Below are positions 29,338 through 39,642 of a DNA stretch of 64,000 nucleotides, in pieces (positions within the stretch are counted from its first letter, which is position 1; the number at the start of each line of letters is the position of its first letter). Position numbers and translations under genes: made by a program. Origin of the DNA: an uncultured Planctomycetota bacterium (GTDB taxonomy: Bacteria; Planctomycetota; Planctomycetia; Isosphaerales; Isosphaeraceae); contig CAVTTN010000002.1 in assembly GCA_963737655.1 (NCBI GenBank), forward strand, positions 6,656,001 to 6,720,000, written 5' to 3'. Under the pieces are notes generated by a model. That model made no database searches. It was not told where the DNA came from and saw only the letters and a program-made list of their open reading frames with translations.

Positions 29338-31254
29338 ATGCCTCGGACGCCGTTCGCCCTTCTGAAGTTCGTGGCCAAGGCCGCCCTGAACGCGGTCGGA
29401 GGCGGCTTGCTGGGCGATTTCGTCGTCGAGGTCCTACCCGAGTTCTGCCTCGACGTCTGGGACGGCTGGAGCCGGGAGACGACCCCGGAGGAGCGTCGGG
29501 CGGAGCTGGAGGGCCTGATCCGCGCCCCGGACGAGCAAATCCGCCTGGCCGCCGAGGCGATCGTCGAGGAAATCGCCGCCGGCCAGCCCGAATCGGTCCG
29601 CCAGGGCCTGACCACGTTCCTCCGCCAGGTCCCGGCGGCGATCCGCCGGTCACAACGGAGGCCCGAGGACGTCACCGGCAAGACGCTTCGCCCCGGCCTG
29701 AAGCTGGAGAAGGCCGAAGACCTGATCCCGCTCCTCCCCGCCCGCTCGGCCCGGTTCCAGCCCGGAGACCGCCCCTTGCCCGGGACCGACTGGGAGCTTG
29801 TGGAACTTCGCGGGACGGGCGGGTTCGGCGAGGTCTGGCTGGCGAAGCATGCGTTTCTGCCGCAACTCCCCCGGGTGGCGCTGAAGTTCTGCACCGACCC
29901 CGAGGCCCGCCGCCTCCTGAAGCACGAGGCCCAGTTGATCGCGAGGGTGCAAGGGGCGGGGAGCCATCCGGGGATCGTCCCGATCCAGATGACCTACCTC
30001 GGCGCCGACCCGCCCTGCCTCCAGTTCGAATTCGTCGAGGGAGGAGACCTCGCCGGCCTGATCCACGACTGGCACGCCGATGGCCGATCGCCCGACCCGA
30101 TCCAGGTCGCCCGAGCGATCCTCCGAATCGCCGAGATCGTCGCGTTCGCCCACGAGAAGGGGATCGTCCACCGCGACCTCAAGCCGGCGAACATCCTCGT
30201 GCCCCTTCGCGACGGCAAACCAACGATCCGCATCACCGATTTCGGCATCGGCGGGATCGCCGGCAAGCAAGCCCAAAGCGCCTCTTTGAAGGGGACCATC
30301 CCCAGCCAATCCCAAACCGCCGGCCTCCGAGGCTCCTGCACGGCGAATTACGCCTCGCCCGAGCAGATCAACGGAGGCGACCCCGACCCCCGCGACGACG
30401 TCCACGCCCTGGGCGTGATCTGGTATCAGATGCTCCTCGGCGACCTGACCAGGAGGGCGCCCAGCGCCTCGGGCTGGAAGCGGAAGCTGACCGAAGGACG
30501 GGGCGTCCCGTCAGCGATGATCGATCTGCTGGAATCCTGCTTCGAAGAGGCCGCCGAGCGGCCCGACCATGCGGGGATTCTGGCGGAACGCTTGCTCGGT
30601 TTGATTCCCGCGCGTCCGAGTACCTCGCCGCCACTACCTGAAAACGAGGTCCGAGAGGAGCCGGTCGGAGCGGCCAGGTCGGGCAATGGTGTCGTACCGC
30701 ATCCAACGAGTCGCCAGGAGAACGAAATCGGCGATCCCAGGTGGGATGACCCGATCAAGACAAACCCAAGTCCCGCCGGCTACACCAACCGCGGCATCGC
30801 GTGGCGTGAGAAGAAGGAGTACGACTGCGCCACCGCCGACTACACCGAGGCGATCCGGCTCGACCCCAAGTATGCCATCGCCTACAACAACCGCGGCCTC
30901 GTCTGGCATGACAAGAAGGAGTACGACCGCGCCATCGCCGACTACAGTGAGGCGATCCGGCTCGACCCCAAGTACGCCATCGCTTACGCCAACCGAGGCA
31001 ATTCATGGTTTGCGAAGAAGGAGTACGACCGCGCCATCGCTGACTACACCGAGGCGATCCGGCTCGATCCCAAGCATGCCCCCGCCTACAACAATCGTGG
31101 CTACACCTGGGAAGAGAAAGGGGACTTCGATCGCGCCATCGCCGACTATGAGCAGGCCCTCAAGATCGATCCGAACCATGCCTATGCTCGACCCAACCTC
31201 GACCGCGTCCTGAAAGCGAGGAAACCGGCCAAGAAGGGGTGGTTCGGGACGTGA
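29338..31254 (+). CDS. Ser/Thr protein kinase with C-terminal TPR repeats
   Basis: GTGGFGEVW, VALK, HRDLKPAN, DFG, YASPEQ; four 34-aa repeats AYNNRG...AIADYTEAIRLDP. Confidence 0.93.
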   Translation: MPRTPFALLKFVAKAALNAVGGGLLGDFVVEVLPEFCLDVWDGWSRETTPEERRAELEGLIRAPDEQIRLAAEAIVEEIAAGQPESVRQGLTTFLRQVPAAIRRSQRRPEDVTGKTLRPGLKLEKAEDLIPLLPARSARFQPGDRPLPGTDWELVELRGTGGFGEVWLAKHAFLPQLPRVALKFCTDPEARRLLKHEAQLIARVQGAGSHPGIVPIQMTYLGADPPCLQFEFVEGGDLAGLIHDWHADGRSPDPIQVARAILRIAEIVAFAHEKGIVHRDLKPANILVPLRDGKPTIRITDFGIGGIAGKQAQSASLKGTIPSQSQTAGLRGSCTANYASPEQINGGDPDPRDDVHALGVIWYQMLLGDLTRRAPSASGWKRKLTEGRGVPSAMIDLLESCFEEAAERPDHAGILAERLLGLIPARPSTSPPLPENEVREEPVGAARSGNGVVPHPTSRQENEIGDPRWDDPIKTNPSPAGYTNRGIAWREKKEYDCATADYTEAIRLDPKYAIAYNNRGLVWHDKKEYDRAIADYSEAIRLDPKYAIAYANRGNSWFAKKEYDRAIADYTEAIRLDPKHAPAYNNRGYTWEEKGDFDRAIADYEQALKIDPNHAYARPNLDRVLKARKPAKKGWFGT

Positions 31255-31365
31255 CCATGGGCTGGCGTGGACGTCCATTGCGGGGCTTCCATCGATCGGC
31301 AATCGCATGGGGACGGGACCGAGGATTGAGGACGGAGCCACGTCGCTCCGATGCGCACCTCTTCC

Positions 31366-31604
31366 GGGTGGCCCCGGTTCTTGAACCGGGGGGCCGAAGG
31401 CCCAAGAGGCGGCAGACTCTCGGCTCGGGTGGCCTCTCAGGCCTTCGGCCCCCCGGTTCGAGAACCGGGGCCACCCCTGGAGACACAAGCCTCTCGGGCC
31501 TTCGGCCCCCCGGTTCAAGAACCGGGGCCACCCAGAAGTATTGGATGCAGCTTTCAATGTGCGATTGACAGCTCTCTCGGGTGGCCCCGGTTCTTGAACC
31601 GGGG
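31366..31604. repeat. Cluster of four REP palindromes downstream of the RAYT
   Basis: GGGTGGCCCCGGTTCT(T/C)GAACCGGGG at 31366 (+), 31451 (-), 31508 (-) and 31579 (+). Confidence 0.92.
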
Positions 31605-31631
31605 TCGCGGAGCGACAAGAGGCGTCCAGCC

Positions 31632-32147
31632 CTATTCGATCCATCGGATCGGCACCCCGACGGTTTGTTGCCATCGGTACCAGCGAGCCGAGCTCCATTT
31701 CCAGTCGGTCGGACGGCTGACCAATCCGGCCCGGACCGGGTTCTCGTGCATGTAGGTTAACTTCTCTTCGATCTGGGCGTCTTGATCGATCTGAAAGGCG
31801 TAATACTTCGGATACCAGAAGCGGTCCCCCTCGCCGAAGTCGGCGAAGTAGCTGGGTGCCTCGCGGCGATACCATTCGCGGATGAGGAAGCTGGATTTGC
31901 GCTTCCAGCCGTGCATGAAGCGGCTCAAATCGCCGGGCTTCGGGAACCAGACCAGCGCGTGGACGTGCTCGGGCATCACGACGAACCCGACGCACCGGGC
32001 GTCGTGCGATTCCAGCACCTCGTTCAAGACTCCGAGGAGAATGCGTTTCGGATGGTCGAGATCGAACAACCGACGACGACGATCGACCGAGAACGTGACG
32101 AAGTGGACGTAGAGCCGGTCGTCGAAGATGCGGCGTCGGGTCGCCAT
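31632..32147 (-). mobile_element. REP-associated tyrosine transposase (RAYT, Y1 HUH)
   Basis: HFVTFS, VVMPEHVH (HUH), FW, YMHENPVRAGLV..WKWSS; REPs on both sides. Confidence 0.92.
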
Positions 32148-32197
32148 GCCGCCTCGGACTCCCACGGTTGCACTCACGACCAGTCATGGACCAAACT

Positions 32198-32303
32198 GGG
32201 TGCCCCCGGTTCTTGAACCGGGGCGGCGCAGCCGCAAGAGGCCATCGTTCATCGACCGGCCTCTTGTCGCTTCGCGACCCCGGTTCAAGAACCGGGGGCA
32301 CCC
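32198..32303. repeat. Inverted REP pair upstream of the RAYT
   Basis: GGGTGCCCCCGGTTCTTGAACCGGGG at 32198 (+) and 32278 (-). Confidence 0.92.
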
Positions 32304-32354
32304 GAATACCTCGCCATCAAACCTCGATGGTCGAACTCATCGAACTCATCGAAC

Positions 32355-32377
32355 TTGGTGCATTTCATGCACCCTAC
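32355..32377 (-). repeat. GTAG-type REP overlapping the fusA stop codon
   Basis: Minus strand GTAGGGTGCATGAAATGCACCAA; its TAG is the fusA stop. Confidence 0.8.
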
Positions 32378-34476
32378 ATGCCTCCCAAAATCTCCAGCAT
32401 GCTGTCGGGGGCGGCGGCGTATTCGAGGGGTTCCATGCTGTAGCTGGCCCGGCCCTGGCTGAGGCTTCTTACCGCCGTGGAGTAGCCGAACATCTTTTCG
32501 AGGGGGGCGCGGGCCTCGATGACCTTCAGGCGGCCCCGGTCGAAGGTGTTGGTGATCTCGGCCCGGCGGCTCATGAGGTCGGCCATCACGTCGCCGAAAT
32601 AATCCTCGGGCGTGACGACTTCGAGCTTCATGATCGGTTCGAGGAGGACCGCCCCGGCGTCGTGGACGGCCTTGCTCAGGGCGTCGGCGGCGGCGAAGCG
32701 GAAGGCCAGCTCGTTCGAGTCGGTGTCGTGCGACTGGCCGTCGACGAGCGTGACCTTCAGATCGACCAGGGGGAAGCCCGTGCGGCCTCCGGACTTGGCC
32801 TCCTCGCGGATTCCCGCCTCGATCGCCGGGAGGAACTCGCCGGGGATCACCCCTCCCTTCAGCGAGTTCAGGAACTTGACCGGCGCGGCCCCCTTGGGCT
32901 GAGTCTCGGGTTCGAGGTCGATCGTGACCTTGGCGTAGAGGCCCGAGCCTCCGGTCTGGCGGATGCACGTCCCCTGGACCTTTTTGACCGCTTTTTTGAT
33001 CGTCTCCCGGTAGCTCACGCGGGGGCGGCCGACGTGGACCTTGAGGTTGAAGTCCCGGATCATCCGGTTCTTGAGGATCTCCAGGTGGAGCTCGCCCATC
33101 CCTGAGATCAACGTCTGGCCGGTCTCCTCGTTCACCTTGAAGGAGAACGTGGGGTCTTCGCGGGCCAGGGCGTTCAGGGTGTCGGCGAGCTTCCCCTTGT
33201 CGGACGAGCTCACCGGCTCGATCGACATCGAGATGACCGTCTCGGGGAATTCGATCTTCTCCAGGAGGATCGGGTGCGAGGGGTCGCAGAGCGTGTCGCC
33301 CGTGACCGAGTCCTTCAGCCCGACCACGCCGACGATGTCTCCGGCCGCCGCTTCCTCGACCTTCTCGCGGTCGTCGGCGCGGATGTGGTAGAGCCTGGAG
33401 GCGTTCTCCTTCTTGTCCTTGCCCGGGTTCAGCGGTCGGGAGCCTCCGGCCTTGAGCTTCCCGGAATAAATCCGGACGAAGGCGAGGTCGCCGTGGGCGT
33501 CGTTGGTGATCTTGAAGACCAGGCCGCAGAACGGTTCGTCGGGGTCGGGCTTGCGGACGATTTCCGTGCCTTTTTTCGGGTGATGGCCGACGATCGGCGG
33601 CTTGTCCAGCGGGCTGGGCAAGTAGAGCTTCACCGCGTCGAGCAGCTTTTGAACGCCGACGTACTTGAAGCTGGACCCGCAGAGGACCGGCTGGGCCTGG
33701 CCGGTCAAAGTGGCTCGCCTCAGGGCGTCGCGGATGGCCTCGACCGTCAATTCCTCGCCTTCGAGGTGGGCCATGTACTGCTCGGCGAACGGCTCGTCGA
33801 ACCCGGAGAGGGCGTCGAGCATCTTTTCTCGCCAGAGGTCGGCCTCGGGGCGGAGGTCGTCGGGGATTTCGGTCTCGGTGATCGTCGAGCCGAGGTCCTC
33901 GGTCTTGTAATAGAGGGCCTTCAGCTCGACCAGGTCGATCAGGCCCTGGAATTCGCCCATCGTCCCCTCGGGGCCGGCGCCGATGGGGATCATGATGGGG
34001 ATCGGGTGGCTTTCCAGGCGTTCGGAGATCTCGTTGAAGACGCGGTCGAACTCGGCGCCGATGCGGTCCATCTTGTTGATGAAGCAGAGGCGGGGGACGG
34101 AATACTTCGTCGCCTGCCTCCAGACGGTCTCGCTCTGCGCCTCCACGCCTTCGACGGCCGAGAACACGACGATGGCGCCGTCCAGGACGCGCAGGGAGCG
34201 CTCGACCTCGGCGGTGAAATCGACGTGGCCGGGGGTGTCGATGATGTTGATCGTCACGTCCTTCCACTTGCACGTGATCGCGGCGGCGACGATGGTGATG
34301 CCTCGCTCGCGCTCCTCCGGCAGGTAGTCGGTGACGGTGTTCCCCTTGTCGACGTCCCCCATCCGGTGGGTTTCGCCCGTGTAATAGAGGATGCGTTCGG
34401 TGGTGGTGGTCTTCCCGGCGTCGATGTGCGCGATGATGCCGATGTTGCGCAGGGAGCGTAATTGGGCGGGGTCCAT
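32374..34476 (-). CDS. fusA: Elongation factor G
   Basis: AHIDAGKTT, RGITI, DTPGH, NKMD, GMGELHLE, LLEPIM; 700 aa. Confidence 0.98.
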   Translation of the reverse strand: MDPAQLRSLRNIGIIAHIDAGKTTTTERILYYTGETHRMGDVDKGNTVTDYLPEERERGITIVAAAITCKWKDVTINIIDTPGHVDFTAEVERSLRVLDGAIVVFSAVEGVEAQSETVWRQATKYSVPRLCFINKMDRIGAEFDRVFNEISERLESHPIPIMIPIGAGPEGTMGEFQGLIDLVELKALYYKTEDLGSTITETEIPDDLRPEADLWREKMLDALSGFDEPFAEQYMAHLEGEELTVEAIRDALRRATLTGQAQPVLCGSSFKYVGVQKLLDAVKLYLPSPLDKPPIVGHHPKKGTEIVRKPDPDEPFCGLVFKITNDAHGDLAFVRIYSGKLKAGGSRPLNPGKDKKENASRLYHIRADDREKVEEAAAGDIVGVVGLKDSVTGDTLCDPSHPILLEKIEFPETVISMSIEPVSSSDKGKLADTLNALAREDPTFSFKVNEETGQTLISGMGELHLEILKNRMIRDFNLKVHVGRPRVSYRETIKKAVKKVQGTCIRQTGGSGLYAKVTIDLEPETQPKGAAPVKFLNSLKGGVIPGEFLPAIEAGIREEAKSGGRTGFPLVDLKVTLVDGQSHDTDSNELAFRFAAADALSKAVHDAGAVLLEPIMKLEVVTPEDYFGDVMADLMSRRAEITNTFDRGRLKVIEARAPLEKMFGYSTAVRSLSQGRASYSMEPLEYAAAPDSMLEILGGM

Positions 34477-34554
34477 AAGCCGGGTCCAGTTCCGAGGAGG
34501 GTCCGCGCCGGGGAGGGCCCGTCGGAGGAAAGCGTGCGGGTTCCGTGGCCCTGT

Positions 34555-34583
34555 ATTGTATCGAGGTGGACCCGATCAGGGAA
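34555..34583 (-). promoter_or_regulatory. Putative sigma70 promoter of fusA
   Basis: TTCCCT-N17-TACAAT on the minus strand, ~80 nt upstream of the ATG. Confidence 0.5.
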
Positions 34584-34684
34584 TTGCCCGTGAATCGGAC
34601 GGCCCCGGCGGGGAAAAAATCGAACCGGAACCCCTCGCCGTGGCACTATGAGGCGATCTCACGAGGGTTCGAGGAGGCCGATCG

Positions 34685-35956
34685 GTGGAGATAGGTCGTC
34701 GGGGGGACGTGGCGAAGCGGTTCCGGGCCCTGTTCGAGGCCGGCTCCGCGTCGGGCTTGAGCGATCCCGAGCTGCTGGATCGCTCGCTTTCGGGCGGGGT
34801 GGCGGCGGAGGTTGCCTTCGCGGCCCTGGTCGAGAGGCATGGGCCGATGGTCCTCCGCGTCTGCCGGCGGGCCCTGGGAGACGTTCCCGACGCCCACGAT
34901 GCGTTCCAGTCCACGTTCCTGATTTTGGCCCGCCGGGCGGCCTCGATCCGCGATCGGGGCTCGGCGGCGAGCTGGCTCCATGGAGTGGCGCTTCGGGTGT
35001 CGCGAACGGCCCTGGCGAACGAGGCGAGGCGGAGGCGTCACGAACGGGCCTCGGCCCTGGGAAAGTCCTCCGTGGCGACGGCCGAGATGCCCGACGACCT
35101 CGGCTCGGCGCTCCATCAGGAGGTCGGCCGCCTGCCGGGTCGGTTCCGGGAGCCGGTGGTGCTCTGCTATCTCGAAGGCCGGTCGTGCGAGGAGGCCGCC
35201 GAGGCGCTGGCCGTCCCCGTGGGGACGGTCAAGAGCCGATTGGCGACGGCCCGGGGCCGGCTCCGGGATCGCCTGACCCGGCGTGGCCTCGCGCCGTCGG
35301 CGGCCGGGGCGGTGGCGACGCTCCTGGCGGCGGAGGGCGCCTCGGCCTCGGCGGCGCCTCTGCCGGGCCTCTCGGTCGAGACGACGACCGAGGCCGCCCT
35401 GCGATTCTCGAAGGTTCCGGCGATGGCGGGCTCCGGGATGGTCCCGGATCGGGCCCTCGCCCTGGCGAAAGGGGTGCTCCGAGCCATGATGATGAACAAG
35501 CTGAAGGTCGCGGCGGTCGCCCTGAGCGGCGTCCTGGTCCTCGGCTCGGGCCTCCTGGCCCAGCAGGCCCCGCCGGCCGGAACGACCACGACCCAGGACG
35601 ATTCGGTCCGCCTCCAAGAGATGGAGAGGAAGCTCGACCGCCTGTTGCGAGCCGTCGAGGGCCCGAAAGTCGGGGTGACGGCGACGACGGTCCGGACCAC
35701 CGAACAATCGGCCACTCCGCCCGTCGCGATCCCCGCTCCTCCCATGGTCCCGGCGGTCCCGGAGGGGAGCATCACCGTCAAGAACACGTCCGCCCCGTTC
35801 CCCTGGCAGCACACTCAGGCGAGCGTCGATCGGATCACCGCCATCGAGCAGAAGCTGCAACGGCTGGAGGAGCGGATCGGCCGGCTCGAAGCGAAGGTCT
35901 CGGGCGAGGGCCGGACGTCCGCCGAGGTGAAGACGGTCGTCGATCCGTTGAAGTGA
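34685..35956 (+). CDS. Planctomycete ECF sigma factor with long C-terminal extension
   Basis: AFAALVERHGPMVLRVCR, DAFQSTF, VVLCYLEG..EEAA..VGTVKSRL; TM segment and coiled coil in the tail. Confidence 0.9.
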   Translation: MEIGRRGDVAKRFRALFEAGSASGLSDPELLDRSLSGGVAAEVAFAALVERHGPMVLRVCRRALGDVPDAHDAFQSTFLILARRAASIRDRGSAASWLHGVALRVSRTALANEARRRRHERASALGKSSVATAEMPDDLGSALHQEVGRLPGRFREPVVLCYLEGRSCEEAAEALAVPVGTVKSRLATARGRLRDRLTRRGLAPSAAGAVATLLAAEGASASAAPLPGLSVETTTEAALRFSKVPAMAGSGMVPDRALALAKGVLRAMMMNKLKVAAVALSGVLVLGSGLLAQQAPPAGTTTTQDDSVRLQEMERKLDRLLRAVEGPKVGVTATTVRTTEQSATPPVAIPAPPMVPAVPEGSITVKNTSAPFPWQHTQASVDRITAIEQKLQRLEERIGRLEAKVSGEGRTSAEVKTVVDPLK

Positions 35957-36001
35957 TCGATCGACGGGGAGGGCCGCGACCCGGCCCTCCTCGTCGCTTG
36001 C

Positions 36002-37419
36002 TCAGCCCTCGAGAAAGCCCGCTTTCGATGAGGAGGAGCCGTCCTGGTGCTGCAAGGCCCCCATGTCGGCGAACCCTCCGGTCGACAGGCCCGGGATCGG
36101 GCCGGGCGTGCCGAGTGCGCGGCACGAGGCGCCTCCCCCGAACGCGTTGTTCAGGCTCCAGTCGCCGGCCGAGGGATTCGTGAACGGGCTGGCCGTGAGG
36201 ATCACGTCCAGGACGTTCGCATACGGCGCCACCCCGTTCACTCCGCTCGTGTCGTCGCAGTTGAATCGGCCTCCCCAGGCGTTGTTGTAATAGGCATTGC
36301 CGTCGTATCGGGGATCGGCCGGGAGGCCGGAGGCGCCTCCGCCCACGTAGCCGTAGCCGCCATTCTGGCTCATCAGGTTGTTGCGGACCTGGCCGTTGAT
36401 CAGGTTGCTATCGACCTTGTTGATCCCATGACGGCCGCTGTTGTGGATCGTGTTGAACATCGCCACCGTGCCGTAGCCGATCCTCACGCCGTCGGACGAC
36501 GATCCCGAATTGTTGACCACGACGTTCCACGCCACGGCATCGTCGTAGGTCGCCACGATCCCCACCCCGGCGTTGTCGTGGACGTGGTTGCGGAGGATCT
36601 TCACGTTGGCGCTATTGGTGTAGATCGCCGTGCAGCCCGAGAGGCCGCCGGTGACCTGGCAATCGCTGATCGCCGAGTCGCCCACGGTCGCGGCGATGCC
36701 ATACTGGGCGAAATTCGCGACCTTGCACCGCCGACAGTCGGAGAACTGGCCGGCCAGGACGACCCCGCTGGACATCGCCATCCCGACGCAATCGATCGAG
36801 GCGCCGTCGAGGATCCAGCCGGTCCCGGAGAAGTTCAGGGCGGTGATCGGCGAGGGATCGGTGCCGTTCGCCCCTCCGGCGGAGAGCTTCAGCGAGAACA
36901 TCCCGCCGTCGCCCCGGCTCGTCGAATAGCCGAGCACGCGGCTGGGCGGGACCGAGTTGCTCGGGCTCGGCGAGATCGACGCGGAGAAGTTGATGGTGGT
37001 CGTCGTCGAATAGGCCGGGCCCGACCCCCGGACGAACGCCTTGTTCGAGGCGATCATCGCCGCCGCCAGGGCGTTCAGCGTCGCCAGGGCCCCGCCCACC
37101 CGGCCGGTCGTCCCCGATCCCGAGCCGGCCGAGCGATCGAGCGTGACGTCCTGGGCCCCGACATATCCGGTGATTTCGTAGAAACCGGCCGAGAGCGGAC
37201 CGCCGCTTAACTGGATGAGGTTGCCGACCATCGCCGGAGTGAACCCTCCGGAGGCGGTATGGAGGTTCGTCGTCCCCGAGGCGGAGAGGTCCGAGAGCGT
37301 CAACTGGGGCGAATCCTGCTGAGAATAGTCCGTCCCGGGGGCCCGGCGCGGAACCCCCCGCCGTTGCCATCGTTGCCGGTCGAGCGGCACTCCCACACGG
37401 TCGCCGAAGACAAGGCCAT
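36002..37419 (-). CDS. Right-handed beta-helix protein with phage-like N-terminus (apparent 1-nt deletion near 37341)
   Basis: MALSSATVWECRSTGNDGNGGGF joins GTDYSQQDSPQL with one added G; Gly/Asn-rich repeats (RNHVHDN, NTIHNSG, NNLMSQNGGYG). Confidence 0.7.
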
Positions 37420-37559
37420 GACCAGTCACCCCCGATCGATCGGTACAGACACCGCCCGCCCCGCCTCGCTGGAGTCCGGGTCGGGCCCTGACCTGTACCA
37501 TCGCGACCGGGAGCCACCTCGATCATGCGATCCCTCACCATCCCAGATTGTCTCCGGGT

Positions 37560-39470
37560 TCATCCCCGGTCGAGATACCGGCGAAACCACAATTCCAGCA
37601 TCAGGAGCGCCCACAACCGATAGGCATGATCGCGGAGCCCCGACTCGTGCTCCTCGATCAGGGTTCGGACCGCCTCGGGCCGGAAGATCCCGCGATCGAG
37701 GCTGATCGGGTCGAGCAGGACGGCGCGAAGCTCGTCCTTGAGCTCGCCCCGGAACCAGCGGTCGATCGGCACGCCGAACCCCATCTTCGGCCGGGTGCGG
37801 ATCGGGGGCGGGAGCAGGTCGGCGAAGGCCGCCTTCAGGGCGACCTTCGACCGCCCCCCCCGCAGCCGGAGCTTGCGGCCGACCGGCAGGGCCAGGGCCA
37901 TCTCGACCACGCGATGATCGAGGAACGGCCCCCGGCATTCCAGCGAATGGGCCATGCTCGCCATGTCCACCTTGACGAGCAAGTCATTGGGCAAATACAG
38001 GAGCAGGTCGGCGACCTCGGCCCGCGTGACCGGATCGCGCCTGGAGGCGACTTCCCAGGCATCGAACAGGAGAGACGCCGGATCGGGCTCGCGGATGTTC
38101 ACGAGAAGATCCAGGAAATCGTCGGAGAACAGGGAGGCCCGGCTCGATTCGTCGAATGTGGTCATCCAGCGGAGATAGCGGGCCTGGGGCGTCTCGGTAA
38201 TCCCTTCCAGGAGTCGCCGGATGCGCCTCAACCGGGTCTTTGCCCGGGACGATGCGGGAATCGCCCTCGCCACCGGACCGGCCAGGACGCCTCGGGGGCC
38301 GTCGGGCAAGCGGTCGAGCATCGCCGCCAGGGCCACGGCCCGGTAGCGGTCGTACCCGCCGAACAACTCGTCGCCCGCGTCGCCGGTGAGGGCCACCGTC
38401 ACGTGCTCTCGGGTCATTTTCGACACGAACCACGTCGGCAGGGCCGAGCTGTCGGCGAACGGCTCGTCGAACTGGTCGGCCAGCGAGGGCACGGTCTGCC
38501 ACGCCCGGGGCTCGAGTCGGAAGGCGTGGTGCTCGGTCCCCAGATACTTCGCCGCCATCTCGGCGTAACGCGTCTCATCGAACGCCGGGTCGTCGAAGCC
38601 GATCGAGAACGTCTTGACCGGCCCGCTCGCATACTTTTGCATCAGGCCGACGATGATCGTCGAATCGATCCCGCCCGAGAGGAACGCGCCCAGGGGCACG
38701 TCCGCCACCATCTGCTCGCGGACGGCGTCCCCCAGGAGTTCGCGGAGCTTCTCGGCCTCCTCGCCCGGAGGCTGGGCCTTCTCGACGTTCCACGCCGGCT
38801 CCCAGTAGCGTTCGAGGGTCATCCGGCCCTCGTGCCAGACCGCCAGGTGGGCCGGGGGTAGCTTGAAGACGCCGTCCAGGATCGTCCCGGGATGCGGGAC
38901 GTATCCATACGTCAAATACCGATCCACGGCCGACGGATCGACCCTTCGAGGGACGTCCTTCTCGGGCAGGGTCAACAACGCCTTGAGCTCGCTCGCGAAG
39001 CTGATCCGCGACGGATCGACCCGATAGATCAACGGTTTCTGGCCCAGGCGGTCGCGGGCGAGGACCAGGACCTTCTTGACCGAGTCCCAGATCGCCAGGG
39101 CGAACATCCCCCGGAGGAGGCGGACGAACCCCGGGCCCTCGTCTTCGTACAAATGAACGAGCACTTCCGTATCGCCCGACGAGCGCAAGGTATGCCCGGT
39201 GGCCTCCAATCGGCGGCGGAGGCTGGGGAAGTTGTAGATCTCGCCGTTGAAGGCGGTCCAGATCGTCCCGTCCTCGTTCGAAAGCGGCTGATGGCCGCCG
39301 GAGAGGTCCACGATCGAAAGCCGACGGAAACCCAGTGCGGCCGAATCGTCGCGATATGTCCCCGAGTCGTCGGGCCCGCGGTGGCGGAGCCGATCGACCA
39401 TCCCGCCCAGCTCGCGCTCGGAGATCGCCCGGCCCGGGTCGTTCCAGGCCGCCCCGCAGATCCCGCACAT
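37560..39470 (-). CDS. asnB: Asparagine synthase (glutamine-hydrolysing) family amidotransferase
   Basis: MCGI, HRGPD, FNGEIYN, LSGGIDS, DELFGGY, RPKMGF. Confidence 0.95.
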   Translation of the reverse strand: MCGICGAAWNDPGRAISERELGGMVDRLRHRGPDDSGTYRDDSAALGFRRLSIVDLSGGHQPLSNEDGTIWTAFNGEIYNFPSLRRRLEATGHTLRSSGDTEVLVHLYEDEGPGFVRLLRGMFALAIWDSVKKVLVLARDRLGQKPLIYRVDPSRISFASELKALLTLPEKDVPRRVDPSAVDRYLTYGYVPHPGTILDGVFKLPPAHLAVWHEGRMTLERYWEPAWNVEKAQPPGEEAEKLRELLGDAVREQMVADVPLGAFLSGGIDSTIIVGLMQKYASGPVKTFSIGFDDPAFDETRYAEMAAKYLGTEHHAFRLEPRAWQTVPSLADQFDEPFADSSALPTWFVSKMTREHVTVALTGDAGDELFGGYDRYRAVALAAMLDRLPDGPRGVLAGPVARAIPASSRAKTRLRRIRRLLEGITETPQARYLRWMTTFDESSRASLFSDDFLDLLVNIREPDPASLLFDAWEVASRRDPVTRAEVADLLLYLPNDLLVKVDMASMAHSLECRGPFLDHRVVEMALALPVGRKLRLRGGRSKVALKAAFADLLPPPIRTRPKMGFGVPIDRWFRGELKDELRAVLLDPISLDRGIFRPEAVRTLIEEHESGLRDHAYRLWALLMLELWFRRYLDRG

Positions 39471-39642
39471 GATGGAAGGCCCTCATCGGATGGGTCGTGG
39501 CCACCACTCTAGCATGGGGGCGGTCGGCTTTCAGCGGCCATCGCTCCACACCGCCCACTGCCCACCGCCCGGCGGGAGTGCTAGGATCGATCTACCTCTC
39601 CCGCCTCGGCCCCCTGAATCCTCTCGCCTCGGGCGGTGATCC

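Noticed and set aside
31366..31604. Repeat cluster as a CRISPR array
   Set aside because: Repeats occur in both orientations with irregular spacing, no cas genes are present, and they flank a RAYT; they are REPs
39544..39572. Sixth heptamer hairpin (CCGCCCACTGCCCACCGCCC)
   Set aside because: Only one short degenerate arm, with no convincing inverted partner
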